Source: Octopus vulgaris
Taxonomy: Eukaryota
Assembly (NCBI GenBank): GCA_951406725.2
Contig: OX597833.1
Coordinates: 37,510,001-37,574,000, forward strand
DNA length: 64,000 nt
Direction of reading: 5' to 3'
How positions within the stretch are numbered: the stretch's first letter is position 1; every line of letters starts with the position of its first letter. The notes below the pieces were generated by a model. The model was not told where the DNA came from, searched no databases, and was given only the letters and a program-made list of their open reading frames with translations. This document shows positions 37,942 through 52,161 of this stretch, in pieces. The position numbers and the translations under genes were made by a program.

Positions 37942-38382
37942 CAACAGGCTTCTTTCAGTTTCCGTCTACCAAATCCACTCACAAGGCATTGGTCGGCCCG
38001 GGGCTATAGCAGAAGACACTTGCCCAAGATGCCATACAGTGGGACTGAACCCGGAACCATGTGGTTGGTTAGCAAGCTACTTACCACACAGCCACTCCTG
38101 CGCCTATTTGTTTTTGTTGAATAAAATTTGTTGAAAAATGCCACAATAATTATGCACCAACCCAATAGTTTATTTTAAAGGTATGTTTCCATGATGTAAA
38201 TGAAATACATGTATACACGTCATTAATTGGAATTTCTATATAATGCATGAGCTAAAACCCAAAAACTTTCTTGAAAACTGTACATGATGCCAAAAAACTA
38301 AGTGTGTATTTGAAATCAGCATTAAAAACTACACTAAGTACACCTTGACATATGCTTGATGAAAAATACTTGTTGACCAGTA
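37469..38382. mobile_element. MITE with CACTGGTCAACAA termini (Chapaev-like), hosting a SINE
   Basis: cactggtcaacaa ... ttgttgaccagta, with subterminal gctgatttcaaa / tttgaaatcagc. Confidence 0.5.
37690..38104 (-). mobile_element. SINE family A, full length, inverted relative to 36968-37379
   Basis: Reverse-complement match. Confidence 0.92.
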
Positions 38383-38444
38383 TAATTAGATAAATTAGTT
38401 TACTAATGTGAAATTTATTTTAATTCATAGAATTATTACCATTA

Positions 38445-38650
38445 AGGAAGGCAGCAAGATAGCAGAATCCTTACCACACCAGGTAAAATACTGAGCGACA
38501 TTTTGTCCATCTTCTGAGTTCAAATTCTGGTGAGGCTGACTTTGCCTTTCATCCTTTTTGGGGTCAATAAAACCAGTTGAACACTGGGGTCTATGTAATC
38601 AAATAAGGCCTTACTCCAAAATTGCTAGCCTTGTGCCAAAATTTGAAACC
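38445..38650 (+). mobile_element. SINE family B, decayed
   Basis: ttctgagttcaaattc...gactttgcctttcatcctttttggggtcaataaa. Confidence 0.7.
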
Positions 38651-38986
38651 ATTATTACCATTAAGGTAAGTGGAGTAGCAGAACTAGTAAACTATTAGAA
38701 TAAATGCCCTGTCATATTTATCAGGGATTTTATTCTGAGTTCAAAGAACACTAGGATCAAATGTCTCCTTTGTCTTTTATAGAGTTGATAAAATACAGTA
38801 GTACTGAAGCTGATATTATAGACTAGTCACCTCACCTGTGTGGCTTTGTGCTTATATCAGATTTTGTTGTTTTTATCTGCATACCTGCAAGATAGAATAA
38901 TGTTTTAATACCTGGAAAGGAACATATTGAGAATGATGGTAGAAATGGTACTGGTGATGAAGACAATGATGATGATGATGATGATG

Positions 38987-39017
<31 letters not shown>

Positions 39018-39043
39018 CAACAGCAATGATGACGACAACAATG

Positions 39044-39075
<32 letters not shown>

Positions 39076-39380
39076 GATGATGACAATAGTGATGGCAGCG
39101 GTGGCGGCAGCATTGGTGGTGGTGGTGGCAATGGCAGTGGTGTTGATGTGGTGGTGGTTTTGTGATAGTGGTTGTGATGGTGGTTGTCGTATTTGCCATG
39201 CATCTTTAATTCCTGATTGAGTTAGTTTACTTAACTTGTTGCTGGTATCATTCTCTCTGGTTGAGGCTGTGGACTGCTGTTACCTGCTATATTTCCTTGA
39301 CAGCCTTCAGGATTTCTCAGAAGCAAAAGCAAAGACACAGCCTTCAAGCATGTGGCATCATTGATTTTAATCATCTTCTA

Positions 39381-40370
39381 TCAGGTCATCCCATAAGTTC
39401 TGTCCAATTTTACCTTTTTTTAAAATTGAATGAAATTTAATAGTATTTTAGAATGTTTAATAGAATTAAAAATTATTTTTATGCATTTGTGTACATTTAA
39501 ACTAATTAAATATTATTTTACAGAATAATAGAATTAAAATTTCTTTGATTAAAACCCTTTCTAACATGGAAGTATCCAAAGAGCATTTGAGGCACATAAA
39601 GAAACTTTGCAGCCAAAGCGACTTGAAACATGCACTCAGTTTATGGAAAGAATGCTTGAGTGAAAGAACTATCAGAAGATGGTTTGCAAAACTCAGAAGT
39701 GGAGATTTCAGCCTTGAAGATGAAGATCGAACAGGACGTCCAGTTGAGTTTGATGATAAGCTTCTTGAGGCATTACTTGAAGAAAATCCTGCATTATCAG
39801 TTGAAGAAGTAGCAATAAAGCTTAGATCAAACCATACAACTGTTCATAGTCATCTTCAACGACTTGGAAAGGTTCCTAAACTTGGAAAATTGGTCCCTCA
39901 TGAATTGTCTGAAAACAACCACAAATCCCAAGTTGACATCTGCTCTTCTCTCCATTCTCATGAACTCATTTCACCCTTTTTGGATAGACTTGTGACTGGT
40001 GACGAAAAATGGACCTTCTATCGAAATGTTAAGTGTTGTAAACAGTGACTTGGTAAAAGGGAAAAAGCTCAACCATAACCGAGAAGGGAACTTCATAGGA
40101 AAAAGGTTCTTCTCTCTATCTGATGGAATTGCAGAATTGTTACCACATAATGCAACAATCAATGCTCAAGTCTACTGTCAGCAATTAGAGCGTTTGAACC
40201 AAGCTTTGAAGAAAAAAGACCCTCTGTAGTGAATCAAAAAGGAGTGATGTTTCATCAGGACAATGCGCGACCCCACACTGCAAAGATCACATCACAGAAG
40301 ATCGAAGAGCTTGGTTGGAAAAAAATTCTTCATCCACCTTATTCTTCTGACCTTGTTCCTTCAGACTACT
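39381..40370 (+). mobile_element. Decayed mariner (DD34D), 3'-truncated
   Basis: ERTIRRWFAKLRSGDFSLED..GRP, LVPHEL, VTGDEKW, HQDNARPH, HPPYSSDLVPSDY. Confidence 0.9.
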
Positions 40371-40384
40371 ATATACTAATATAC

Positions 40385-40900
40385 TCCCCATCGCTTATAA
40401 AAGTATCAGCTTGTTTTTTTGTTTTGTTCCTCTTTAGTTTTATTGCTTAAGTTCTTATGAACACTTTCAAAATGCCTATTTACAGAAGAACTTTTACAAA
40501 CAACAGTTTCAGAACACAAAATACATAATGCTTTATTGTATTTCTTAATCATACCAAACTTTTCAGTCCAGTATTTTTGAAATTCTCTTATAACCTCTTC
40601 CATTGAATGACATCATTCCTTAGCTGGTGGTCCTGACATTCTGCACAATGTATAAAGGGCAGAAAAATAATACTTGAGATAATGATATACGTGGAAAAGG
40701 AGGAGAAAGAAGAAAAGTAAAATGTCATTAAGTGATTAATAAGTTCGATCAAACCACTTTACTTTTATTAGTTTTTTAATTAAAGCAAATAAAAAAAATA
40801 GTTTGCTATCCCCACAAAATGGTAGGATGGGTGTGGTGCAAAGATCAGTAAAAAAAAGACAAAGCATGCACAAATTTCGCAATTTTATGGCCCCGAATAA
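40385..40900 (-). mobile_element. hAT (Charlie/SPIN-like) transposase N-terminal fragment
   Basis: FQKYWTEKFGMI..NKALCILCSETVVCKSSSVNRHFESVH, a BED-like zinc finger. Confidence 0.7.
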
Positions 40901-41693
40901 TTTAACGTTTACAGTAAATTATTGTAAGAAGCCATGACATGTGTAACAAACAGTTCAAGCTTGAGATAATAATCCAGTGTATACATAATCTCATATGTAC
41001 GCAATACATGTACTCTGTATGCACAATGCACACACAACTACAATGAAAACATTACCAAAGTCAACTAACTGTACCCAGACTTGCATGAAGGCTGAATTTA
41101 GTAGCATTGACCTGCAGCCCACTAAATACGATTTAGTCATTTGAACATCAATGGACATCAAATGATCTGTGTAACAAAAATTACAATACAGTACTGGCTT
41201 ATTTATTAGAAATTGCCGAAAAAGTCGTGATACAAGCTGTACAAGTATATTTACTGTATTTATAAGTCATAACAAATAGCATGATAGGAAATCAGGGAAG
41301 AACTACATTAAGATGGTTGGATGTGATTTGAGTGAAATTGGGCTGCTATTTCTTTTGTATCCTGTGGTCATGTACAGCCCCCTCCCTCATTGGTTTGGGA
41401 CGATGGTTGGGGGTGATGATAATGGTAGTTGTAATGATAGTCTTGTTGTTGTCGTCGTCATCATTGTTGTTGTTGCTGCTGCTGCTGTTGTTGTTAAGCA
41501 ACAAGATGGGTAAGGGTGATTAGGTGATGGTCTAGGGCTTAGGGGCAGGAGACCCCAGACCTTGGAAAAAAAAAAATTTTAGTCGTCTTGTTGTAGTCGA
41601 GGGCTCTTTGTTGACGCCCGATACCACTGGGAGGTGGCCCTCAAAGTTGCTGGAAATGGAGATCTCCATGTCCAAATTCTTGAACGGCTGCTG

Positions 41694-41869
41694 TTAGTTA
41701 GTTAATTTTTGGCTCAAAAAGCAAAAAGCAAGGCCATGTAGGGGGACATGGAGTTATGTACAGGGTGGTGTTCATGTAAAGAGTTCAGCCCACTTGTGGT
41801 CAAGGGAGACTTTGAACCGAGCGGTCGTCGGCATCTTCACCATCTCGTCCGGCAGCTTATTCCACGGAC
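41694..41869 (-). mobile_element. CR1-clade LINE 3' end
   Basis: Near-identical reverse complement of 33025-33197. Confidence 0.85.
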
Positions 41870-42677
41870 TGTTGCTGCTGTTGTTGGCGGTTGTGGTGGA
41901 GAAGTTGTTTTTGTTGTTGCTGTTTCACCTCAGGTCAGCATGGATTGATCTATGATCAAAAGCATCCCAACCAACCATGCCCATTCCATCTTTTACAGGG
42001 TATATGAACCACTACATTATCCAGAGTGTCCTTTCCCTTCCCATAAAAGATGTGGCTTCAGTGATACATGGTTACTATTTCTAGTAGGTCGCATGCAAAC
42101 CCATAGATGTCCCCTCACTGTGGTATTGTTGATGACATCAGTGGTAGTGTTTATTGTGGTGGTAGTAGTGGTGCTGTTCTTAATGATGGTAGTGGTGGTA
42201 GTAATGATGTGGTGATGATAGTGTGATAACAAACAATCAACCATTTCTAACTATTATACCATTCCACCACTCTAAAAGGAAGTAAATTAATTACTGCCAC
42301 CTCACAGTGAGTTAATTAGCTATTTGGAAATGATTGTAGCTGTTGTACATGTAATAATGTCAGTGGTGGTGAAAATGATGATGATGATGATAATGATGAT
42401 GGGGATGTGCCACTCCAATACAGTTAACAGGACTTGGATGATGATTGACAAGGGTAGAAGAGAGTGCAACAGAGACAGAGGGAATATACATGTGGGTGAG
42501 AGAGGGAGGGAGAGAGAGAAGAGGAGGGAGGGAGGGAGGGAGGAAGTAATCAAAACCAGACAAAGTAACGAAATTATCAAGAGAGAGATCTGAATGCTTC
42601 TTTTTGTCACCCAATTTCGTCTGTCAACTAATAACATGTTGTTTAATTATCAAATGACAGGGTGAACTGATCCCTTT

Positions 42678-42716
<39 letters not shown>

Positions 42717-43091
42717 CAAGCTGTGCTCTCCAGCTACTGTAACTGGTTTAGACCTTGTTAACCCTTTTGTTACCATATTTCTGTTGAAATGCAATTCCAT
42801 CTGGGTTAACTTGACCTTCCATCCTTTCAGGGTCAATAAAATAAGTACCAGTCAAGCACTGGGGTTGATGTAATTGACTAGTACCCTCCCCCGAAATTTT
42901 AGGCCTTGTATCTATAGTAGAAAGGATATTTCTGTTGAAATGCACTAAACTGTTTCAATTAATTTTTAAAATAATTAAGTATTTAGTAAAATAACATTGC
43001 TTGGAGCATAAATTAATAAGAAATTTTGACAGAAAGTATCAATTCAAATCATTTTAACCCTTTAATATTTAACCAGCTATACCCAGCCCAA

Positions 43092-43341
43092 GGTGAAGGC
43101 TCATGGCTCAGTGGTTAGAGTGTCAAGCTTACGATCGAAATGAGTTGCGACGTCACAGGTTCCAAGCTGTATTGGCCTTTGCCTTTCCCTTGGATAACAT
43201 CGGTGGTGTGGAGAGGGAAGGCTGGTATGCATGGGCAACTGCTGGCCTTCCACAAACAACCTTGCCCGGACTTGTGCCTCGGAGGGTAACTTTCTAGGTG
43301 CAATCCCATGGTCATTCATGACTGAAGGGGGTCTCCTCAGA
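43092..43341 (+). mobile_element. tRNA-headed SINE (third family), internally deleted, 11-bp TSD
   Basis: A box TGGCTCAGTGG; TSD acccagcccaa at 43081-43091 and 43342-43352. Confidence 0.75.
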
Positions 43342-43549
43342 ACCCAGCCCAAATTTTCTCCTTGTTTTAGACTCAAGCCAGCCAGATCTGGTGTTGCACA
43401 CTTACCCTACAATGTCATTCTAAAAATAAACAATCACATCTTCAAAATCTCAAAGCTATGAGAGAATGCATGATTAATTAAAAAAAATGGCGACTGGTGT
43501 GTTTATGTCTCCATAACTTAGCATTATATTTGACAGGAAAATCTGACTA

Positions 43550-43695
43550 GGCACAGGTGTGGGTTTGTGGTAAGAAGGTGTGGCTTTGTGGTTCCAAGTT
43601 CAGTCTCACTGTATGGCACCTTAGACAAGTGTCTTCTACTATAGCTTCGTGAGTGGATTTGTTAGACAGAAACTGAAAGAAGCCCATTGTGTGTT

Positions 43696-43736
<41 letters not shown>

Positions 43737-43737
43737 A

Positions 43738-43772
<35 letters not shown>

Positions 43773-43867
43773 ATATGTGTGTATATATATATATAAATGT
43801 ATGTATATATGTGTGTATATATATATGTATGTATATATGTGTGTATATATATATATAAATGTATGTA

Positions 43868-43956
<89 letters not shown>

Positions 43957-44260
43957 TTCTTACTTGTTTCAGTCAATTGACTGCTGCCATGCTGGAGCAC
44001 TGCCTTGAAAATATATGTGTATGAGTGTGTGTGTGTGTGTGCGTGTGACTGTATTTGTGTTTGTCCCCCACCACTACTTGACAACTGGTGTGTTTATGTC
44101 TCCATAACTTAGCAGTTCAGCAAAAGAAACTGATAGAATAAGTACTAGACTTCAAAAAATAACAAGTCCTAGGGTTGATTTGTTCAACTAAAAAAAACTC
44201 CCTTCAAAGTGGTGCCCCAGCATGGCCGCAGTCAAATTACTGAAACAAGGAAAAGATAAA
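43550..44260 (+). mobile_element. Decayed SINE A with expanded internal (TA)/(TG) array and an inverted tail fragment at 43957-44010
   Basis: 5' and 3' halves match family A. Confidence 0.7.
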
Positions 44261-45080
44261 AGAATGATACGAAAGAGTTGAAATAGGAAATTTGAGTCAT
44301 AGAGGCAGTAGAGACAATCTTTGGTGGAATGGGATTAGAAGAGTTGAGCTGGTGTTTGGAACATAATATGAAATTTTGATGGAACATTGTAATTAACATC
44401 ACTCCAAACAAACATGAAGTATAAATCATTGAACCAGGAGTGGTCTTGGACAGGTGGGTATAAGAGAGGGTTAAAGCAGACCTTGCAGCTTTTACATTGG
44501 TCTACACAAATCCTCCCACACACAAACAAATCCGTGTATATATGCCTGTATACACATACAGACATGCCCACATATACACACATACACATACATTCGCCTA
44601 CCAAATCCACTCACAAGGCTTTGGTCGGCCCAAGGCTATATAGAAGACACTCACCCAAGGTGCTATGCAGTGGAAATGAACACAGATCTATGTAGTACAG
44701 AACATAATATAAATTGACAAATAGCAAAAGAATGGGAGTTATGTAATCTATTTCATTAGCTTGCAGTATTCCCTGCTATAAAAACCATTGCATTCAGCTC
44801 CAAGTGATTGTGAGGCATAACTTATTCAGAGTCATTTAAATGAAATGTATGCTTGTTGTATTTAATACATTGAGTTGGCTACAGACAGAAACTATTGTAA
44901 AAGGTGGAAACTCCACCCAGAGAATAATACATATATAAACGTATATATTTTCATTTTTAAACCAGAATAAAAGCACAGACACATATATGTATACATGAAT
45001 ATACACTTATGTGACCTTATATCCACCCACGTGCGAAGACACAGACACATACAGGTACAGATATATATATGTATGTGTGT

Positions 45081-45118
<38 letters not shown>

Positions 45119-45796
45119 TGGCTTCATGAAGCATGGATTCAATCCTTGATTACCAAATTTCACTTAGCAGTTCAACAATACTTTTCTTACAGTAAAACAA
45201 TAGTTTTTCTGTGAATGACAGCAGTTACATTTCCTAGATGCCTTCGCTAAGCAGAATAATATCTTTGCCACTTGAGTCTTCTAACCTCTTCTAGGCCACC
45301 AAAAACTAGAATAGAGACAACAGACCGCCAACAAAATCTATTGTTCCCAACAATATGTCTATCCTTCTAGCTGATTTTGGATAGTTATAAAAACAAGAAC
45401 TCCATAAGCCAAAGTCAGTTAGCGAGTACAGAGTCTGGCTGACTGGCTGAACAAAATGCCATCTCTAAAGGAAAAGGCACAAAGGGACAATTATGGTAGC
45501 TCACCAATGAAGCAGTTCTTTCGTCCCACCACTCTTACTTTCACTAACTCACTTTCTTTTCTCTGTAACATTACCTTATCTCTCTCTATATACTACTATG
45601 AGATCATGTATACACACATACAGGCTGAAATTAACTTCCTTTACTTATATTAAGTAACGATAAATAAAAAATTGGAGTCAACATCAACTTTGATCACTGT
45701 TCTTCATTCATCTTGCATATCTTGCAAATGGCAACCAACAACGAATACCAACCGTAACACACACACACACACATATATATATGTATATATATATAT

Positions 45797-45903
45797 AGGC
45801 ACAGGAGTGGCTGTGTGGTAAGTAGCTTGCTTACCAACCACATGGTTCTTGGTTCAGTCCTACTGCATAGCACATTGGGCAAGTGTCTTCTACTCTAGCC
45901 TCA
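45797..45903 (+). mobile_element. SINE A 5' fragment
   Basis: ggcacaggagtggctgtgtggtaagtagcttgcttaccaaccacatgg. Confidence 0.8.
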
Positions 45904-46184
45904 GACAAGTCTGTCTATATTATCAGACAATTACAAAAAAAAATGTTTAAAAAGTTCAAAACTCTGCAAAAATCCAGTACAAATTCTTCTTCATGGTTCA
46001 AAACTTTGCTTACTTTATACTCAACCTAATACAATATATATTGTTGGCAGGGGGAGCAAACCCCTACCACCCTATGTGGATTGTGAGACTGACTCAGTTT
46101 CATACTATTTGGTCATGAGCACCTGTCCACCAGAATCTGTTTCACCCAACAATATATTATAAACAAAACAACCATCAGTCACTG

Positions 46185-46399
46185 ATCTGTCACAGGTAAG
46201 CTGCAAGATGCAGAGAGGAGAGAGTGAGAGAAAATTGTGGCGAAAGAGTCAGCAGAAGTTCGCCATTACCTTCTGCTGGAGCTGTGTGGAGCTTAGGTGT
46301 TTTGCTCATAAACACACACATTGCCCGGTCTGAGATTCGAACCCACGATCCCTTGACCGTGAGTCCGCTGCTCTAACCACAAGGCCATGTGCCTCCACA
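46185..46399 (-). mobile_element. tRNA-derived SINE (fourth family)
   Basis: Minus strand TGGCCTTGTGGTTAGAGCAGCGG...GGGTTCGAATCTC: A and B boxes followed by a non-tRNA body. Confidence 0.7.
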
Positions 46400-47775
46400 A
46401 CTCAGACAGATATGAGAGTATAAAGGAGTTAACTAGGCTAATAAACTAATTCTAAAAATGTATATTTATTATCTGTGAAAAAGCTTTATTTCTCTATTTC
46501 ATTTTTTCTCTCTCTTGCTATGGTTTTTGTGTAGATAATAATGAAATAATTTAGCACAAATTAAGAAATAAAAAGATAGGAGGAGGTTTGTATAGATTGC
46601 CTGTTTGTGGGGTTAGCTATAGACTGTCTATGTTTAGGCACCTACATTTATGCATGCACACACTTGCACACAACACACACACATCATCATCATCATTGCC
46701 GTCGTCGTCGTTGTCATCATCATTTCCAACATGAAAAGTGGACAGTTTAACAGGATCCAGTGAGTCACATGGCTGCATCAAGGTTCAATGTCAGCTTTGG
46801 CATAGTGTCTATGGCTGGATGCCCTTGCTAATACCAACCACTTTACAGAGTGTACTCAGTGGCCCTTTTATACCACTGGCACTAGTGATGTTGCCAGGTA
46901 ACTTGTAAGACAGAAGAAGAACTGGGGAAAAGGGAAAGGAAAAAGCTCCCACAACTAAGTAATCAAGAGGGGAAGGTGGTTTATATCAGGTGTTGAAAGG
47001 CTAAAATATGCTAGAGGGACAAGCACAGGTGTTTTGCTATAGTGGAGATACATGGCTGTCTTGCATTATATATAAAGGTGGGTGGGAATAGTTAAGGAGG
47101 AGGTAAAAGAAGCTAGTGATGGAGTGCATGAGCAAATTCTTTCAACGTACAAGAAGGTAAGCATAAGAGAAAATATGGACATTGGGTCATATAAGGGGAG
47201 TAGATAGAGGATACCAACTATAAGCATGCTTACACAGGAGGCAGTGTGACAATGATAAAGATATGTTATGAGGGATAATTTTTGACTTCCCCTCGTATAT
47301 TCACAATCACACAAACACATACATGTACTTCAATTCATATACCCACCTCAAAAGTAATTGTAAAAAATTAGGTTAAAAAGGGTAGGGAGGGGAGGTATTG
47401 AGGATTAATAAATTGTAATTCCTTTTAGCATTGGCAGTTCTTTAGAGCTGAGAATCAGCAGCAGACTACCCATAGATCCAGTGTCAGACCATGCCTGACC
47501 AAGTGCTATTGGCTCTACACATATTTAGATGTCTATTAGTTTATTTTTAGTTGGTTCTGTAAAGTAAGAAACTTTGTGTGTGAGATGAGGGTCAGGCTGT
47601 TTGGTGAATCATAAATGGTTATTTAGGAAGAATTACTAAAAATAAACAACACTGCTGTAATTGTATTGCAAATGTTACAAATAAGGTCCTTATTGTGGCC
47701 ACTCCCCTTCCTCAACATCACTCACCCTGACAGACAAGGTTGGGAGTGGGATGGTAGTGATGTGTGTGAGTACGT

Positions 47776-47828
<53 letters not shown>

Positions 47829-48477
47829 TGTGTATGTGTATGTGTATGTGTATGTGTGTGTGTGTGTGTGTGTGCTTGTGTGCATATGTGTATATCTGTT
47901 ATATCTGTCTCTGATAGAATCATTTACATGCTAGACAAAATGCTAAGTAGCATTTTGTCTATGTTTACATTTTGAGTTCAAATTCCACCAAGGTCGACTT
48001 TATCTTTCATCCTTTCATAGTTGATAAAATAAGTACCAATTGAGTATTGGAGTTGATGTAATTGACTAGCCCTCTCTCCACTAAAATTGATAGCATTACT
48101 GTTATTTTTAAGTAGTAAGTACTCCAGCATAGTTACATTCCTATGACTGAAACCACTAAAAGAATAAGTAAGTTTTACCAGTACAAGCACCTGCTATTCT
48201 TTTACCTGTTTCTGTCATTAGATTATGGCCTTGCTGGGGCACCACCTTGAAGGGAATTTCTAGTTGATCAAATTGACTACAGTACTTATTCTGTCGGTCA
48301 ATTTTCTGCTGAACTAAGGGGACATAAACAAACCTACTCTAGTTATTATGTGGTGAGAGACAAACACAGCACACATGCACACAAACACATATGCACACAC
48401 AAATACACACACACACATGCACACACACACTTACACACAAACACACACATACACAAACACACACACAAACACACCTA

Positions 48478-49385
48478 CAGGGGTTGGACAAAATAATGAA
48501 AATACCTTAAAATTACAAATAAATTTATTTTAATATGGAGTAGGACCGCCTTTGGCAGTAATTACAACTTAAATTTCATGAGGTATGGACTCGTACAAAG
48601 CTTGAATTGTTTCCAAAGAAATTTTTGTCCATTCTTCCGCTAAAACAGTGATGATGGTGGGGGATATCGACTCCTTACTTGTTTTTCTAAAATTCAACAT
48701 AAATGTTCAATAATATTGAGATCTGGGGACTATGGTGACCAGATAAGATGTCCAACTTCACTAGAATGTTCCTCGAGCCATTCAGTAACAACTTTAGCTG
48801 TGTGAATTGGTGTATTATTATCCTGAAAAATTGCGTTTCCCTCCGGAAACTGTTCCACAACCATAGGATGAATTTGATCAGATAAAATGCTTAAATTGTT
48901 TTGACTATTAATTTTGCCATGAAGGGAAACCGTGAAATGATTCCTTTAGCTGTCTCCACACGTATTCTTGGTCGGTGATCAGAAATAAGGTAAAGGATGA
49001 CTTGTCTGAGAAAATAACATTCTAGCACTGCTCTAAGGACCAATTCTGAAGGTTTTTACTCCACTTTAAATGCTTTGCAATATTTTTTTTGAAAGTAGTG
49101 TTTTTCTGATTGCAGTCCTCCAGTGAAATCCAGCTTTGTGCAGCTCCTGGCAAACAGTTTTTGTGGAAAATGGGTTCTCACGGTGGTCATTAAGCTCTGC
49201 AGTAATTTTTGGGAGCTGTACTTTTGTGATCCTTTCTAACAATTTGTGTAAGAGTCTGAGTTTTGTTTCAATGAAGAGGTTTTCCCCTCTTTCTCAAAGG
49301 CTGTCATTACTTTCAAGATGGTACTTCTTGATATGCCAAACATTTTGGCTGTTTTCATTATGCTAGCACCTGCCATACAAGCATC
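48478..49385 (-). mobile_element. Decayed Tc1 (DD34E) transposon
   Basis: TA-caggggttggacaaaataat terminus; minus-strand FQDNNTPIHTAKVVTEWLEEH...SPDLNIIEHL. Confidence 0.8.
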
Positions 49386-49904
49386 AACGTCTAGTCCTCA
49401 GAGCATCGTGCAAGGGAAAGAATGATGGTCACGGGATGAAAAGGAAGATAGCTGATGGTCCTGTGTGGGCAATGAGAGAGAGAGAGAAAGAGGGAGGGAG
49501 AGAAAGAGAGACAGATAGAAAATGGTGAAGGGTAGAAAAAAGGAATTAGAGAAGGATGAGGGAGAAAACAGTATAGAGTAGAGTCGCATCAAAAAGGTGA
49601 AGATAAACTTACTTCAAAATGGATGCATGGCATTCAATTAAATAATAATATAAATAATATATATATATGTGTGTGTGTATGTATGTATGGCCAGATAACC
49701 AAAGAGATGGTGTTGTGGATTTGCCCTTTGGCATCCGAAACTCAGAGTTTTATCTTGGCTATTGAATAATGATAACATTAAATTACAGATATATATATAT
49801 ATATATATATAACGGGAAGGTTTACGAAAATAAACAAAAGACGAAGGCAGGTTTACGAAAATAAAAACAAAAGATGAAGGCAGGTGGAGTACAAACAAAT
49901 AATG

Positions 49905-49949
<45 letters not shown>

Positions 49950-49979
49950 TTATTTATATATATATATATATAAATAATG

Positions 49980-50025
<46 letters not shown>

Positions 50026-50130
50026 GGGTATAGGACGTCACCAATTGTGTAAACAACATGAAGTACGAAAACAAATGTGCTAAATACATAAACAACGAGA
50101 GGAAAAAATGGAAAACATGACAAGTAACAT

Positions 50131-50734
50131 GGAGGCCTACGCAAAGTTGCAGAAAGTGAATAGAGAGGAGTGTATGAGCCACTCACAAGTGTACGAGTGG
50201 GTCAGACGTTTTCAAGACGGCTGAAAAAATACCAATAGTGACGAATGTTTTGGGAGACCTATAACCAGCAGAACTGAGAAAAACATTGCAGATGTGCATG
50301 CAGATGTGAGGGGAAATCATTGAATTACCATTCGTGAGTTATCAAAGGATGTGCAAATTAGTTACAGTTTAGTTCAGTCCATTATCACTGAAGATTTTGG
50401 TATGAGACACGTGTCTGCCAAGTTTGTGCCAAAACTACTTGATGAAAACTTTTTGAAAACTTGGTGTAAGCCTCTGAGCAGGTATCACCAAGCTTTTGGC
50501 AAAATTTGATGCAGATTCTCTGCTCAACTTTCTCTGTCATGGTCAATGTGATGAACACATGCTACACACGTTACTTCCAAGCACTGCTGTAAATAGTGGA
50601 AGTGCACAAGAATGTTAAAGCTTAATGCACGTTCACAGCAGAGTTCAAGGTCAATCTGTGCCAAGCAGCTTCACTCTGCATGCTTTAGCTTCGTTACTAT
50701 GACAACAGTCCGGATACTTAATGATCAGACCACG
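50131..50734. mobile_element. Mariner fragment with internal inversion
   Basis: Minus strand TIR plus MTEKVEQRICIKFCQKLGDTCSEAY; the continuation EAYAKLQKV...VSAKFVPKLL is on the plus strand at 50131-50440. Confidence 0.75.
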
Positions 50735-50741
50735 TACATAC

Positions 50742-50781
<40 letters not shown>

Positions 50782-50934
50782 GACAAATGAAAGAAAAGGC
50801 ACTCAGCATGCTTAGTAGGATTTACATGTATTATTTAAAACACTTTGATTTGACTCCATGCGACTGAAAGTTTCGCAAGTCTATTAATATATATATATAT
50901 ATATATGCATGTGTGTGTGTGTGTATACATACAT

Positions 50935-51590
50935 TATCTTCACCTGCTTATTGCCATACTTATTTAATACCATCTGACCCAAACATGTTGATTTTAGTCT
51001 CATCAGAAGAAAGAATTTTATTCCCAAACTCCTTCCCCTTACTCACATCAGTTTCAGTAAAAGAAAAACAACTCGATTTATGCCTGGTAGTGAGTAGAGG
51101 TTTCATACAAGGAATGCATCCATGAAGACCACACTGGTTCAAACTTCTGCAAACTGTTTGGGCAGATATACCTTTTCCACTAACAGAATGCACTTATCAT
51201 CCATTACACAACGTTGGATGTGGCGAATATCATGTGCAGTTAAAATAGAAGGATGACCTGGATGATTTTCATTGCTTAGCCATCCAGTAGCTTTGTACTT
51301 CTGAATTACTTTGGCAACTGTGTTTAAGCTAATATGTATTTGTTTGCTATTTAACTTGTATCCTAAACCATTCTTGTGCAAATTGAAAGTAATTTTCTTC
51401 AAATCTTCCTTTTGGTGCCATTTCACAATGAAGAAGATTTTCCCCCACGATATGCAAATCAGAATCCCTGCAGATGCAATAATAATAACCGGTGCAAAAA
51501 TAGCTGGAGTAATAATTTATTAGAATTGAAATTATCACCAATATCTGAATTTAGTAAAAAAAGTGGATAAAGTACATACTTCTGTGAGAT
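50935..51590 (-). mobile_element. Tc1 5' fragment
   Basis: LHKNGLGYK..SKQIHISLNTVAKVIQKY, ISAQTVCRSL...KPLLT, SDETKINMFGSDG. Confidence 0.8.
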
Positions 51591-52107
51591 ACTTATGTAT
51601 AATATATATATATATATATATATATGGACAAATTTCTATCTGAAATCCCAGATGAAGCCACATATATATATGCATATTTGTGTGTGTGCACGTATTGGCT
51701 AGGACAGCTGCATAAAGATGTACCAAGCTCTAATTGTGGAGGGTACCTGTGAAAGGGGTAGACCCAGGACATTGGGTCTCACTGAAGATACGATAAGGGA
51801 CCAGGAGATGTGGTGATTTGCTGTACTTGATAAGATGTATCAAGCTAAGTAAAATCACTATTTCCCACATATACAGGCTTATCCTTTCAGTTGCCAGTGT
51901 TGCATTAATGTACCCATGCAAGTGGCATATTTAAAGCCCCCAAAACACTCTGTTAAGTGGTTGGTATTAGGAAGGGCATTCAGCTGTAGAAACCATGCCA
52001 CAACAGACAATTGGAGTTTGGATAACTCCCTGCTAGCCAGCTCCATATCAAACCATCCAACCCATGCCAGCATGGAAAGCGGACGTTAAACAATGACAAT
52101 GATGATG

Positions 52108-52161
<54 letters not shown>

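Noticed and set aside
46320-46399. tRNA gene (also 4420-4495 and 43095-43140)
   Set aside because: A/B boxes are present, but there is no complete cloverleaf and they continue into SINE bodies.
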